Numbered from the stretch's first letter, positions 1-10,471 are shown. The stretch is 64,000 nucleotides of DNA from an uncultured Oleiphilaceae bacterium (GCA_913060665.1 CAJXUY010000018.1:43839-107838), one strand, 5' to 3'. Notes: generated from the letters alone by a model not told the origin. Made by a program: numbers and translations.

Positions 1-773
1 TTTGATGCTTTCTCACCGGAACTGGTTTTGATTACATTGCCTTTAGAGTCTGTTAAAACTCGGATTATTTTGCTCTTATCCCAGTGATACCAGTAGGTGC
101 CGTCACCTGCCAGCATGGCAAACCGGGCATTTGGATAGCGCGAAAACATGTCTTCTTTAATTGCATTGAGCTTTAATTCGATTAATTCCCAGGGGAGTGA
201 CCCACCAATAAGACCTTTTACGTTCTGTTGGCTGTCTAGTACAGTAGCCGCAATGACTATTTGTTTAACCCCAGTAGTAAATGAAATCATTGGCTTAGAA
301 GTGTACACTGGGGTCCCGTCGACAGCAGGGTTTGCCACGGTCATTTGCCAATAATCTCGTTTCGCGATGGATTTGGGGCGAGATAATGGATTGCTATCGT
401 TAAAGGTTCGCAGCATGCCTTGATGAGGGTTTCCACCTGCCGTATTGAGAAAGTGGCCGTTTCTATCACCCAGAATAAACTTCTCAAAGGTATTGGGTTG
501 ACGCAACAGCTCCTGCTTCAAGTAAGGTAGCGATTGCTCAAAAGGAGAGTCTTTGAGCAAAGGGAGAGACGCTAATAAGCCAATTTCGCTTTGCCGCGCT
601 CTAAAAAACCCGTTTAGTTGCTCGCCACGTGCAGCCAACTCCCCCTCTACGCTATTTATGGTTAGGTTAATGGTTTGAGTTGTTGAGAGCCATAAACTTA
701 ACCCTATCGCTATACATAGAGGGATGAGGCTTGCTATAAGGGTGAAAACCCCAATTCGGGTACTGAATTTCAT
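1..773 (-). CDS. Membrane-anchored sensor protein, N-terminal TM helix plus Cache-like extracytoplasmic domain (partial; output domain lies off-window)
   Basis: Absent from the ORF track because it runs off the window edge. Reverse-strand ATG at 771-773 gives MKFSTRIGVFTLIASLIPLCIAIGLSLWLS (TM helix). The frame then stays open to position 1 (...FILGDRNGHFLNTAGGNP...YWQMTVANPAVDGTPVYTSKPMISFTTGVKQIVIAATVLD), which looks like a dCache-type ligand-binding domain. Confidence 0.6.
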   Translation of the reverse strand, partial: MKFSTRIGVFTLIASLIPLCIAIGLSLWLSTTQTINLTINSVEGELAARGEQLNGFFRARQSEIGLLASLPLLKDSPFEQSLPYLKQELLRQPNTFEKFILGDRNGHFLNTAGGNPHQGMLRTFNDSNPLSRPKSIAKRDYWQMTVANPAVDGTPVYTSKPMISFTTGVKQIVIAATVLDSQQNVKGLIGGSLPWELIELKLNAIKEDMFSRYPNARFAMLAGDGTYWYHWDKSKIIRVLTDSKGNVIKTSSGEKAS

Positions 774-962
774 TATTATAGACTGTTAATGGACGATAGT
801 TTTAGTATAGGCAAACTTTACAAAAGTACCTGATGAATTTATCACCCATATATTTGCCTAAGTTACTTTATGATTGAAGGATTACCCGCTAGTATTTCGA
901 AAATAGCGAACGTATAACGTGTTTTTATTACCTATTAATATAAATGAGGCTTACTCCCAGAT

Positions 963-2378
963 ATGGCGACTCACTCAATCAACCAGCTTTTACTGGGCAG
1001 CGTTACTGCCGGTAGCGAAGTCACCATCAGAGGATGGGTTAGGTCACGTCGAGACTCGAAGGCTGGCATTTCGTTTATTCATATTCACGACGGCACTTGT
1101 TTTAACCCATTACAGGCCGTTGTACCGAGTGAACTTGAGAATTACGAAGAAGAAGTACTCAAACTGTGTGCTGGTTGCTCGGTGATAGTGACGGGGCTGT
1201 TAGTGGAGTCTGAAGGCAAAGGGCAAGCATACGAAATTCAGGCAGTGGACGTTAAAGTGGTGGGGTGGGTTGATGACCCGGAAACCTATCCAGTGGCGAA
1301 AAAAAGACACACATTTGAGTACCTGCGGACGGTGGCTCACTTACGCCCGAGAACCAATGCGTTTGGTGCGATTACGCGAGTGAGAACTTCTCTGTCGAGT
1401 GCGATACATCGTTACTTTCATGAACGTGAATTTAACTGGATTAATACCCCAATTTTAACATCGAGTGACTGCGAAGGCGCTGGCGAGATGTTCAGAGTTA
1501 GTACACTGGATATGGTTAACCCGCCCAAAACAGAGGCTGGCACGATTGATTACTCAAAAGATTTTTTTGGTCAGGAGACGTTTTTAACGGTTTCTGGACA
1601 GCTTAACGTTGAATCTTATTGTCTGGCAATGTCCAAAGTTTATACGTTTGGCCCTACTTTTAGAGCTGAGAATTCACATACCAGCCGTCATTTGGCGGAG
1701 TTCTGGATGGTTGAGCCTGAGATCGCATTTGCCAACCTTAATGATGATGCAGACCTAGCTGAAGACTTCCTAAAGTATCTGTTTAATGCGGTGTTGAACG
1801 AGCGCAGCGATGATATGGCATTCTTTGCTGAGCGTATTAACAAAGATGCGGTTAATCGTTTGCAGAACGTGGTCGATAATCAGTTTGTGCGAATAGACTA
1901 TACAGAGGCGGTTACAATATTACAGAACTGCGGTAAAAAGTTTGAATATGCGGTGGAGTGGGGTATTGATCTACAGTCAGAACATGAACGTTTTCTGGCA
2001 GAAGAGCATGTGGGCGCCCCCGTCATCATCATGAATTACCCTAAGGACATTAAAGCATTTTATATGAGGCTTAATGATGACCAAAAAACGGTCGCTGCTA
2101 TGGATGTATTGGCCCCGGGTATTGGTGAAATTATTGGTGGTAGCCAAAGGGAAGATCGGTTAGACGTAATGGATGCGCGTATAGATGCAACTTTTAGCGG
2201 GCCTGGGGACGCCCATAAAGAGGCGCTTTGGTGGTATCGGGATTTACGCCGTTATGGTTCAGTCCCTCATGCGGGTTTTGGTCTAGGCTTCGAACGGTTA
2301 TTGAACTACATTACCGGAATGGAAAATGTCCGTGATGCCATTCCATTTCCAAGAACTCCCGGTCATGCGCCGTTCTAA
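963..2378 (+). CDS. asnS: Asparagine--tRNA ligase
   Basis: 471-aa ORF. It has an N-terminal OB anticodon-binding region ([25 protein letters not shown]) and class IIb core motifs ([30 protein letters not shown]). Length is typical of AsnRS. Confidence 0.95.
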   Translation: MATHSINQLLLGSVTAGSEVTIRGWVRSRRDSKAGISFIHIHDGTCFNPLQAVVPSELENYEEEVLKLCAGCSVIVTGLLVESEGKGQAYEIQAVDVKVVGWVDDPETYPVAKKRHTFEYLRTVAHLRPRTNAFGAITRVRTSLSSAIHRYFHEREFNWINTPILTSSDCEGAGEMFRVSTLDMVNPPKTEAGTIDYSKDFFGQETFLTVSGQLNVESYCLAMSKVYTFGPTFRAENSHTSRHLAEFWMVEPEIAFANLNDDADLAEDFLKYLFNAVLNERSDDMAFFAERINKDAVNRLQNVVDNQFVRIDYTEAVTILQNCGKKFEYAVEWGIDLQSEHERFLAEEHVGAPVIIMNYPKDIKAFYMRLNDDQKTVAAMDVLAPGIGEIIGGSQREDRLDVMDARIDATFSGPGDAHKEALWWYRDLRRYGSVPHAGFGLGFERLLNYITGMENVRDAIPFPRTPGHAPF

Positions 2379-2427
2379 GTTAACCATTAAAACTTGATGA
2401 ACCTAAGGTTAGTTTAGTTTGATTGGG

Positions 2428-2457
2428 CGCATGCAGGTAAGTTGCATGCGTCATTTT
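2428..2457 (+). terminator. Probable rho-independent terminator of asnS
   Basis: Perfect 8-bp stem CGCATGCA/TGCATGCG (2428-2435 and 2443-2450) with a 7-nt loop, followed by TCATTTT. Confidence 0.55.
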
Positions 2458-2685
2458 GGGTCAATATCCTCCTCTATTTATCTCCATAAAGATCAAATTG
2501 GTGCGCGCCACCTTTGTTCTTTCACTCTTTTGCGCTTTATTCAATCCGGAATCGAGCTATACGGGGCTATTTTGTTGGTTACAAAGATTATACAAAGCGC
2601 GGCACAAGTATTGCGAGCTAATTCTTGTAGAACATCGTTGTCGAGTATTGTCGTTTTATAATATTAAACTAGCTAGGCTTTTGAA

Positions 2686-3843
2686 ATGCTCTTGAGAATA
2701 TCAAATATACTTGTAAGTCCATTTGGACTAAAAAATATTACGCCTATTTTATGGAGTGTATGTATCGCATCGGTCTTGCTCATGCAGTTTCAAGTAAGCC
2801 CGGTTTTTGCGCTTTCATTGCTGATCACAGCACTTTTATTAGCCTCTGCGTTTATTCATATTGTTTCTAGTGAAATAAAAGCAATCGGTATGCTCTCTCA
2901 ACAAAGTCAGGTTCAAAATTTTGATCATCGCGAGTTGAAGATAAATTCAGGCATTTTTAAAGATTCGCTTTCCGGCGTAAATGAAATGTTGCGTGATTTA
3001 GAACGCTATCATCAAGCTCGAACGGAAAGCCTAAACGAGATCACCCATCTTTCAGAAGAGCTTAGCCAAAGTGCGAGTACGGTATCAACTAACGTATCTA
3101 CTCAAACTGATGCTATTTCTTCTGCGGCGGCGGCTGTATCAGAGATGACCCATAGTATTGAGCAGGTTGCAGAAAAGGCTCGGGATGTGCACCTCAGAGC
3201 TGGAGACGCAAGACAGCTTACGGAAAATGGAAAAGATAGTCTCACCCAAGCACGAGAGGATGTGAGTACCATGTCTAATACCGCAGATGAAACAGCTCTA
3301 CTGATGGAACAGCTCACAGAGCAGTCAAATGTAGTGGCAGATATGTCTAAGGTGATAAGAGAAATTTCTGACCAAACGAACTTATTGGCACTTAATGCGG
3401 CGATTGAAGCGGCAAGAGCTGGTGAGCATGGTAGAGGGTTTGCGGTTGTGGCTGATGAAGTTAGACAGCTTGCACGACGCAGCCATGAATCCGCTGATGA
3501 AATAACGACTCGTATTCATCATGTGATGGGCGATATGAAAAATGTTCATCAACAGATGAAAGCACTTGCGGGTATGGCGCATTCAAGCCTTGAAAGTACT
3601 AATCACGCACAACAAATTTTTATCGATGTAGATGAACAGGTGGACTCTGTTGCGCAACAAATAATAGCTATTGCCACTAATACAGAGCAGCAAGCTCAGG
3701 CAACGAATGAAATTTCAACTCATATAGAGGGTGTATTGGAATGCGCGGAGGAAAATCAGGGTATATCAAATGAAACCGCAAGAATGGCTAAGTATATGGT
3801 TGGGTTAACCAGTAATCCTATTAGTACGTGGGGATATAAATGA
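2686..3843 (+). CDS. Methyl-accepting chemotaxis protein lacking a periplasmic ligand-binding domain
   Basis: 385 aa. Two closely spaced N-terminal TM helices, a HAMP-like linker, and the canonical MCP signalling hairpin [35 protein letters not shown]. Confidence 0.85.
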   Translation: MLLRISNILVSPFGLKNITPILWSVCIASVLLMQFQVSPVFALSLLITALLLASAFIHIVSSEIKAIGMLSQQSQVQNFDHRELKINSGIFKDSLSGVNEMLRDLERYHQARTESLNEITHLSEELSQSASTVSTNVSTQTDAISSAAAAVSEMTHSIEQVAEKARDVHLRAGDARQLTENGKDSLTQAREDVSTMSNTADETALLMEQLTEQSNVVADMSKVIREISDQTNLLALNAAIEAARAGEHGRGFAVVADEVRQLARRSHESADEITTRIHHVMGDMKNVHQQMKALAGMAHSSLESTNHAQQIFIDVDEQVDSVAQQIIAIATNTEQQAQATNEISTHIEGVLECAEENQGISNETARMAKYMVGLTSNPISTWGYK

Positions 3844-4703
3844 CATTCATAATTTTAGCAGTTGCCGCTGCTTTGTCGGTTATTCCACTTATATATTTTG
3901 CGCGATTTAAGACTCGTCGGCGTGTGAGCGCTTTACGGCGCCGAGGAATCTATAAACTAGAATTATTGAAGAAATTGCTAACGCACATACAGCAGCATAG
4001 AGGGTTGAGTAATGGTGAGTTAAATGGTGATAGCAAACTTAATAGTCGAGTTTCTGAAGTTGCAAAAAAGGTTGAAAAGGACTGGGAATGTTTAGAGTCA
4101 GTTAAGAGCGATGTTATTAACCATGATCGCTATATGGGAATCTATACTCACTGGGATCGACTAAAGACAAGGTACTCTGGGTTGTCTGTCAGCAATAATC
4201 TTGAACAGCATAATCGACTCATCATGAATTTACTCTATTTGATAGAAGATGTTGCCGAATCCCACGAACTTGATCTTATTCGGCCTGATACACGAGGAAG
4301 TGAGGTTATTTGGAAAGAGCTTCTTGAAACGGTTGAAAGCATAGGGCAAATCAGAGCATTAGGCACTGGAATTGTTGCAGCAGGAGGCTGTGATAGCATC
4401 CAGCGTATACGTGTTAGATTTCTCAATGAGAAAATAAAACGAATGTTCAAAGAGCTTATCAGTGGGTTGCAGTGCTCTTTGGATAATGGATCTTCTCGCG
4501 AGTTGATCGTACCTTTATTAGACCAAGTGGTTCAAACCGAAGGCTCTATCAATGAGCTTATAAGCCTTAATGAAACAGAGTTATTTAGCAAACAGGGGAT
4601 TATGATCTCTAGTGAGGATTACTTTTCTCTTGCTAGCCGGTGTATTGAACCTTTGATGGCGCTATTTGATGAAAGCCTCAATCGCTTGAAGCCTATGCTT
4701 TGA
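3840..4703 (+). CDS. Membrane-tethered NIT-like (nitrate/nitrite-sensing domain-like) helical protein
   Basis: Its start overlaps the MCP stop (ATGA at 3840-3843). One N-terminal TM helix is followed by a basic cluster ([17 protein letters not shown]). The motif [16 protein letters not shown] resembles the LQxERGxS hallmark of NIT domains. The rest appears all-helical. Confidence 0.55.
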   Translation: MTFIILAVAAALSVIPLIYFARFKTRRRVSALRRRGIYKLELLKKLLTHIQQHRGLSNGELNGDSKLNSRVSEVAKKVEKDWECLESVKSDVINHDRYMGIYTHWDRLKTRYSGLSVSNNLEQHNRLIMNLLYLIEDVAESHELDLIRPDTRGSEVIWKELLETVESIGQIRALGTGIVAAGGCDSIQRIRVRFLNEKIKRMFKELISGLQCSLDNGSSRELIVPLLDQVVQTEGSINELISLNETELFSKQGIMISSEDYFSLASRCIEPLMALFDESLNRLKPML

Positions 4704-4953
4704 AAGTATATTCATTACGCTCTTAGAAAACGTTTAAAACCTTGAACATGCTCGCAGAACTGATCCCTAAATCGAGCGGCCAATCCCTCTACTTTTTGTG
4801 AGTTATTAGTCATTTGACCTGTGCGAATGACTAATACTTGAATAGGGTTGCCTGTCGTGAACTTAAATTGTTGTGAAACACAAGCCGCATCTTTTACACT
4901 TGGTTATTAGAAAACCCTAAAATCGTTATACCAACTGTAGATAAGGAATCACT

Positions 4954-5316
4954 ATGATCACATACGCGTACTGGGCTCTGGTTATTGGACTGGCATTGCT
5001 GGCTTTGTTTTTATTGGGTGTGAAACGTGATAACTGGAAAGCTGCGGCTGTCTCTTCATTGATTATTATGGTGGTTGGCTGGGCAGCCTACTTCTTCCAC
5101 TTTCAGCAAATTTTCGTGAAAAACTGGGGTGGCGTCATGACGTTAACGATTCCTGAAGGGCAACTTCATATGGGCGCTACCTGGAAAGACGATAATCTAT
5201 GGATTGAAAACTACGACCCAAAGACCAACACCTGTCACTTTAGAGAGTATTCAAAAGGGGCGTTGCTAGAAGGTAAGGTGGTTATTAAAGAGTGTAACCC
5301 TTTGATGCCAAGGTAG
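4954..5316 (+). CDS. Small membrane protein of unknown function
   Basis: 120-aa ORF with an AAGGAA RBS 6-7 nt upstream. Two predicted TM helices (YWALVIGLALLALFLLGV, AAAVSSLIIMVVGWAAYFF). A T8 tract lies downstream. Confidence 0.55.
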   Translation: MITYAYWALVIGLALLALFLLGVKRDNWKAAAVSSLIIMVVGWAAYFFHFQQIFVKNWGGVMTLTIPEGQLHMGATWKDDNLWIENYDPKTNTCHFREYSKGALLEGKVVIKECNPLMPR

Positions 5317-5327
5317 CAGATAGAAAT

Positions 5328-5351
5328 CTGACATGGGAGTCGGTTTTTTTT
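5328..5351 (+). terminator. Possible terminator (weak stem plus T8)
   Basis: CTGAC-ATGGGA-GTCGG forms a 5-bp stem including one G-U pair, followed by TTTTTTTT at 5344-5351. Confidence 0.4.
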
Positions 5352-5490
5352 ACAGTGATGATCGGATAATTGTTTTCTGTTTGAATGGGTTTATCTATAT
5401 ATTATTGAAATTTAATGCTTATTAGAATATGGCCACATAATTGCACCTTATTCGACAAGAGTAATTCACATTATTTTTTAGGAAGTAAAA

Positions 5491-6120
5491 ATGATAAAAC
5501 AAATCGTAGCAGGGTTCAGTGCACTCGTATTAGCAGCTAGTGCAAACGCTTCTCTTATTCAGAATGGCGATTTTGAGAACGGTCTTAACGGCTGGGGTTC
5601 CTCTGACATAATCGGAGGTGGTGTTTCTGTTATAACGGACCCGGCAAACAGTGGTAATCATATCGCCCGTTTAGACGACCCTAGTGGTATAGGCGCTGAA
5701 TTACTGTGGCAGGTGTTCTATGTTCCTGCAGATGTAAAAAGCATTACCGTGTCATTCGACTATAAATTTGTTGAAAGTGATACATCACCTTTCTTTACCG
5801 ATGGGGCGTGGGCGAAGCTATTTAAACTAGATGAAAACACGTTTTTAGACGTTGATGTGCTGTTGCATACAGAGAATGACTCAAATGGTTGGGTGTCATT
5901 TTTAGGTACGGTAGATACCTCTTCAATCTATGACTATAACCCTAATGCAAATATTGAGTTTGGTCTTTGGGAAAGTATCTCTCCCAAAACTGATTCGTCG
6001 TTATATCTAGATAACGTATCAGTTGTCGATACGTTTGCCAGTGTTCCAGAGCCATCTTCGTTGATGTTGCTGGGTTTGGGTTTAGTGGGTTTTGGCCTAA
6101 GCCGTAAGCGAGCTGCTTAG
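5491..6120 (+). CDS. PEP-CTERM sorting-domain secreted protein with jelly-roll/CBM-like N-terminal domain
   Basis: Signal peptide MIKQIVAGFSALVLAASANA. IQNGDFENGLNGWG is typical of CBM4/9-like modules. The C-terminus VPEPSSLMLLGLGLVGFGLSRKRAA is PEP + TM + basic tail. Confidence 0.8.
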   Translation: MIKQIVAGFSALVLAASANASLIQNGDFENGLNGWGSSDIIGGGVSVITDPANSGNHIARLDDPSGIGAELLWQVFYVPADVKSITVSFDYKFVESDTSPFFTDGAWAKLFKLDENTFLDVDVLLHTENDSNGWVSFLGTVDTSSIYDYNPNANIEFGLWESISPKTDSSLYLDNVSVVDTFASVPEPSSLMLLGLGLVGFGLSRKRAA

Positions 6121-6141
6121 TAGTAGGACGATCTGAATTTT

Positions 6142-6169
6142 TGGCAGCAGCTATTTTTCGCTGCTGCCA
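6142..6169 (+). terminator. Hairpin downstream of the PEP-CTERM gene
   Basis: 10-bp stem TGGCAGCAGC/GCTGCTGCCA with the 8-nt loop TATTTTTC. There is no strong 3' T-tract. Confidence 0.5.
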
Positions 6170-6303
6170 CATTGATAACAAAATACCCTTCCTTTCAGAC
6201 GTTTAATGCTTTTTTTAATCGATACTATATATAACCAAGCGCATCACCTACACTATCGTAAATAATACTTACGTTAATATTGTTACTGATAGAGTGTAAA
6301 GCG

Positions 6304-6858
6304 ATGGAATTATTGATTATCGGTTTGTCTGTTTTCTTTTTGATTCACCTCCTGCCCACCACCCCCACACTCAAATCAACATTGATTGGAAAGCTTGGGG
6401 AGATACCTTATAAGGCACTGTTTTCAGTTGTGTCTCTCGCAGGTTTTTCATTGATCGTGTACGGTAAGGTGCAAGCGGAGTTTATTCACGTTTGGCAGCC
6501 TCCTGTGATGCTAGCGGTGTTGACTAAGCTATTGATGCTACCTGCAATGATTTTGTTAGTCGCTGCATACTTGCCTTCGAATATAAAAAAACATATCCGC
6601 CACCCGATGCTATCTGGAGTATCACTATGGGCTGCGGGTCACCTTATGGTTAATGGTGATATGGCCTCAATATTGTTATTTGGCGGCTTTTTGGTGTTTG
6701 CAGTAGTTGATATGGCGTCTGCAAATGCCAGAGGGGCAGCAAGGCAGGTAGAGACGAAGCCTTTATGGAATGATATTTTGGTGTTAATTTTGGGTGGTGG
6801 GGCCTATGCGCTTTTGGGGATCTTTCACCAGCGCTTGTTTGGGGTTTCCATTGTTTGA
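6304..6858 (+). CDS. NnrU family membrane protein
   Basis: Multi-TM protein beginning MELLIIGLSVFFLIHLLPT..., about 185 aa, matching the NnrU pattern. I prefer the ATG at 6304 over the TTG at 6280 used in the ORF track. Confidence 0.7.
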   Translation: MELLIIGLSVFFLIHLLPTTPTLKSTLIGKLGEIPYKALFSVVSLAGFSLIVYGKVQAEFIHVWQPPVMLAVLTKLLMLPAMILLVAAYLPSNIKKHIRHPMLSGVSLWAAGHLMVNGDMASILLFGGFLVFAVVDMASANARGAARQVETKPLWNDILVLILGGGAYALLGIFHQRLFGVSIV

Positions 6859-6880
6859 AGGTTGAGTGGTTTTGGAGAGC

Positions 6881-6909
6881 GCTTGACCTAAATACAATTT
6901 AGATCAAGC
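6881..6909. terminator. Bidirectional hairpin between convergent genes
   Basis: GCTTGACCTAAA / TTTAGATCAAGC forms a 12-bp stem with one C-A mismatch and a 5-nt loop. It lies between the NnrU-like gene (+) and the FKBP gene (-). Confidence 0.5.
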
Positions 6910-6921
6910 ATCGTTAAGCGG

Positions 6922-7617
6922 TTATGATTTCTTAATTTCTAACAGCTCAACTTCAAAAACTAACGCTGAGTTTGCTGGTATTTTAGGGCTTGGGCTACGT
7001 GCGCCATAAGCAATTTCTGCAGGTAGGTAAAGCTTCCACTTATCCCCTACTTTCATTAGTTGAAGCGCTTCAGTCCAGCCTGAAATAACGGCATTAAGAG
7101 GGAACTCTGCAGGTTGGTTACGCTCAACGGAGCTGTCAAATACGGTGCCGTCGATGAGTGTACCGTGGTAGTGAACTGAAACGATATCTGTGACTGCCGG
7201 GCTTTCGCCTTCGCCACTGCCTTGAGTCATAATTTCGTATTGAAGGCCACTCGCAGTTCTGTTAACGCCTTCACGCTTGGCGTTCTCAACCAAGAACTCT
7301 ACACCTTTCTGGCTTTGAGCATCTGACAATGCTCTCTGCTTTTCCATCTCTCTATCGCGAACGGCTTCTGCAGATGCTTTAAGGACTTCATCATCCAAAC
7401 GTTGCTGGCCCGCTAGTGCGTCACGCATACCGGCGGCAATTGCATCGATATTCATGTCTAGTTCTTGTTGCTTGAAATTCTTACCGATATTCAAGCCCAT
7501 GCCGTAGCTGACCTTATCCATATCAGACTCTAGTGATATTTCTTTTTTCTGGTCTTCATTACAAGCGATTAACGCCAAACCTAAAACACCCACACCTGCC
7601 AGTTTTACTATTTTCAT
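6922..7617 (-). CDS. FKBP-type peptidyl-prolyl cis-trans isomerase, lipoprotein (Mip/FkpA-like)
   Basis: Lipobox LALIAC, a helical dimerisation region, and a C-terminal FKBP domain (VHYHGTLIDGTVFDSS...GWTEAL...VFEVELLEI). Confidence 0.9.
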   Translation of the reverse strand: MKIVKLAGVGVLGLALIACNEDQKKEISLESDMDKVSYGMGLNIGKNFKQQELDMNIDAIAAGMRDALAGQQRLDDEVLKASAEAVRDREMEKQRALSDAQSQKGVEFLVENAKREGVNRTASGLQYEIMTQGSGEGESPAVTDIVSVHYHGTLIDGTVFDSSVERNQPAEFPLNAVISGWTEALQLMKVGDKWKLYLPAEIAYGARSPSPKIPANSALVFEVELLEIKKS

Positions 7618-7762
7618 TTATGATTCCTATCGTTTTAAAATGTCTGGCTTTATCACCAGCTAATCACTAGTCACCCATGATATCGTTATTTTCAGCTATT
7701 AAACATTACTGATTGGTTAGACTGGTTCACATGTTATCGTTCTTTTGTCATTATGAGGGTGA

Positions 7763-9637
7763 TTATTGAGTCGTCGGTGGATACGTCATTTGTAGCAGCG
7801 CTCCTTCTGCCTTTTGCATGGAGTGTTCATATCGAGCTTTAATGCCGTCATTCCATGCCTTTAGTGAGTTGCTGCCATCCAAACTGTTGTAAGAGCCTTT
7901 AATGCCCCCTTGAGCTGCGCTGCCGCTTTCTGCAACAGAATCATAGCCGATATCAAGTGTGCCCTTAGATGTACCCACTAAGCCGTGGCGCAGCTGTTTC
8001 TGGTCGAGAGTTAGCAGTCCAGTACCCGCCTCAAATAAACTCTCACCTAGATTTTTGCCAATGCTAATGGTGCCGGAGCCTACGGCTCCTGCAATATCAA
8101 CACTGCTAGAGGCAATGTCGAGCCCTGCGTTTAAGCCTCCTTTGCCAAAATTAAGCAAACCATCGGAAAATCGACTGTATACCCCCGCGAGAATTGCACC
8201 CATTTCAATGGTGGGTGCTGAAATAGGGCCCTTTATAGCGATAGCATTGTAGGCTATGTTTTGGTCACTCAGAACGGAAGCTTTTAAGTTAATCGCTTGA
8301 TGATTAAGCGCAATAGCGACGGCCGCATCAAAACCATTAGCCCCTATTGCAGTTCTCGATGACGGTGGAATAAGTGGGTCAATAGTATCTAGCTTGAACC
8401 CTCCAATGCGAACTTGTGAGTTCATCGCAGGAATGCCTGTATTAATGGGTCCCATCACTGCAATGGCTCCTATATACGCGGTAGGGAGCGACTCAGGTTG
8501 CTTTAATTCAAGTGTCAAGCTTAGGGAGGCTGGTACGGCCTTTGGATTGTCGTCAAACAAGCGCAGTCGTTTAGCCTCTAACTCAATATTGTCTAGTGGG
8601 AAGGTCATCAGCGTGCTTGCAAGAGCGGCATCACTATAGGTCAATGAGCTGTTATTGAGCAGAAAGTGCTCAATGTTGATAATCGGTAGAGGTTTTTGGG
8701 GAGTGGTGGTCGTGCTTTCGATCGTGGCCTCTTTTGCTGCTGAATAATCACTCTTAGCCTGCCAGGAAGAGACCAACTGCTCGATGTTGGATTCCCTGTC
8801 ACTATTTTGTTCGACTGATACTGCAAGCTCTTTGAGCACTATACTCTCTAAGGCTATGTTTGGTGAGTTGAAGTTTAGGCTGTTGGCGGTCAGTGTAATT
8901 TCATCGAGATTAAGCAGGGGGGCTTTGCTGAACCCGGGGAGCTGATCAACGCTCAAATTTCCAGTTGCCAGGTTGAGCTTATCGACTAGAATATCTCCAC
9001 TCATTACATCATTAAGCTGTACGTTTTCGACCGCTAGGTTGAGTGTGACATTAGCGGTCCACTTTTCTCCGATCAACTGGTCAATCACCTGAAGTGTTAG
9101 GTTGTTAATACGAAGATTTTTTACGCGTATCGCAGGAATCAGAAGTGGCTCATCGGCTTCTTCTGATCGAGCTTCGTTTTTTTCACTATCAGGGGAAGTT
9201 GTCGGTGCGTTATTGTTTTTGGGTAATAATTGCAGAACGTTTAACTTACCTTGTTTGTTTCGCACCATTGTTATGGCTAGTTCGTCTAGTGTGATTTCAT
9301 TGATGATAATCGGTTGATTAAGCAGAGAGCGGATCTCTACAGATACCTTAAGGCTCTTCATTGTAAGGGGTGGTATAGCGCCGAACCCTTCTGGTGATTT
9401 GAGTGTTAAATCGGAGAGTGCTAACTGCCCCTCTGATAACTGAAGGTCAAAGGTATTTAAATGACCTCCAGTCGATAGAGTTTTGCCGAGGGAGGCGTTA
9501 ATTCGGCTCAGCGCAATTGAGTTAATATTAAAAATTAGAATAAACAGCGTGATAGTTAATGCTAAAACGACGATCAAAGGGGCTTTCCACCACCAACCTT
9601 GTGATTTTTCTCGATCCTTTTGCCACTCTTTGCCCAC
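7763..9637 (-). CDS. AsmA-like / DUF748-like membrane-anchored envelope protein
   Basis: 624 aa. N-terminal TM anchor (WWWKAPLIVVLALTITLFILIF) followed by long repetitive beta-rich segments (LSDLTLKSPEGFG..., LKVSVEIRSLL...). The family call rests on pattern only. Confidence 0.5.
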   Translation of the reverse strand: MGKEWQKDREKSQGWWWKAPLIVVLALTITLFILIFNINSIALSRINASLGKTLSTGGHLNTFDLQLSEGQLALSDLTLKSPEGFGAIPPLTMKSLKVSVEIRSLLNQPIIINEITLDELAITMVRNKQGKLNVLQLLPKNNNAPTTSPDSEKNEARSEEADEPLLIPAIRVKNLRINNLTLQVIDQLIGEKWTANVTLNLAVENVQLNDVMSGDILVDKLNLATGNLSVDQLPGFSKAPLLNLDEITLTANSLNFNSPNIALESIVLKELAVSVEQNSDRESNIEQLVSSWQAKSDYSAAKEATIESTTTTPQKPLPIINIEHFLLNNSSLTYSDAALASTLMTFPLDNIELEAKRLRLFDDNPKAVPASLSLTLELKQPESLPTAYIGAIAVMGPINTGIPAMNSQVRIGGFKLDTIDPLIPPSSRTAIGANGFDAAVAIALNHQAINLKASVLSDQNIAYNAIAIKGPISAPTIEMGAILAGVYSRFSDGLLNFGKGGLNAGLDIASSSVDIAGAVGSGTISIGKNLGESLFEAGTGLLTLDQKQLRHGLVGTSKGTLDIGYDSVAESGSAAQGGIKGSYNSLDGSNSLKAWNDGIKARYEHSMQKAEGALLQMTYPPTTQ

Positions 9638-9843
9638 TGACTGCTTCTCCTGTTGACGCTTATTTTGTTGCTAGCGATTGAATATGCAACGACTCACCAA
9701 CATATGAATAGCGATAGTACAAGGATAACTGTCTTTGACAGGTCATGACTAGTGTCGTTTCGGGAAGAGGTTGATATGGGGTTGTAACGTAAGCCGCAGG
9801 TCACTCAAGTACCTGAGGCTATTTGATGCTTATGTGGCTGTGA

Positions 9844-10197
9844 TTAGGGTAAGCGTTTAAACCGGCCTATAGTTCGCGCCTCAAGTGTGAGCGTGGCGAG
9901 GTCCTGATTGCCACTGACTTCAAAGGTATAAAAAATCTTACCGTCTTCTTGGTTCGCGTTTCCACACTGGAGATCAACCTTTTCAGCGCTTGACGCTTGC
10001 CAGTAACAGTTTTGAGCCGGAACGGTTGAGTCTTCAGGGAATATTGAGGCCTTACCATCAAAATCAATGTTAATGCGAGAAAATTCGGTCAACGACTGAT
10101 CCGCTGATGTCCACTTTCCTGCACTTGGGTGCCCACTGCATCCCGTTAAGAAGGTTAGGCTTAGTGCAAGGCAGAAAAGTATCGAGTTTTTTAACAT
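9844..10197 (-). CDS. Small lipoprotein of unknown function
   Basis: An internal ATG at 10197 gives MLKNSILFCLALSLTFLTGCSG, a textbook lipobox. The longer track ORF would overlap the upstream gene. Confidence 0.6.
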   Translation of the reverse strand: MLKNSILFCLALSLTFLTGCSGHPSAGKWTSADQSLTEFSRINIDFDGKASIFPEDSTVPAQNCYWQASSAEKVDLQCGNANQEDGKIFYTFEVSGNQDLATLTLEARTIGRFKRLP

Positions 10198-10231
10198 AGG
10201 TATTGTTGCTCTACTTATACAGGGGAATTGG

Positions 10232-10471
10232 TTATTCTGCGGTGGATGAGAGTAAATCATGCAGCGTATGGGCATGTTCAACGGCTATCAATCCTCTTGG
10301 CGTAAGATAACCACCATCGTTTTGGGTTATCATGCCCTTTTCAAATAGACGTTCTGCAGCCTCTATTAAGGCCGGCGCGGCTGTTTGATGTACTTTTATT
10401 CCTTCTTGAGTGCTGTCTTTGAATTTAATAAGAACATTTACTTCATCAACTAAATCAGGCTTAAATGGCAT
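10232..10471 (-). CDS. Small conserved protein (TIGR02647-like)
   Basis: 79 aa: MPFKPDLVDEVNVLIKFKDSTQEGIKVHQTA...GYLTPRGLIAVEHA. The family assignment is from memory of similar roughly 77-aa gammaproteobacterial proteins. Confidence 0.5.
   Translation of the reverse strand: MPFKPDLVDEVNVLIKFKDSTQEGIKVHQTAAPALIEAAERLFEKGMITQNDGGYLTPRGLIAVEHAHTLHDLLSSTAE

Noticed and set aside
2419-2695. Two overlapping + strand ORFs in the asnS-MCP spacer
   Set aside because: They begin inside the asnS terminator hairpin, have no SD sequence and no recognisable motifs. More likely this is promoter/UTR sequence for the MCP gene.
3102-3582. Track ORFs 3102-3317(-) and 3382-3582(-). The same applies to many similar antisense ORFs (for example 7959-8252, 8394-8639, 12487-12819, 19610-20179, 26412-26786, 33892-34218, 39469-39864, 50063-50615, 58372-60547).
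   Set aside because: They lie entirely inside, and antisense to, long well-supported genes. They have low-complexity, Ser/Arg/Leu-rich composition and no RBS. These are typical shadow ORFs.
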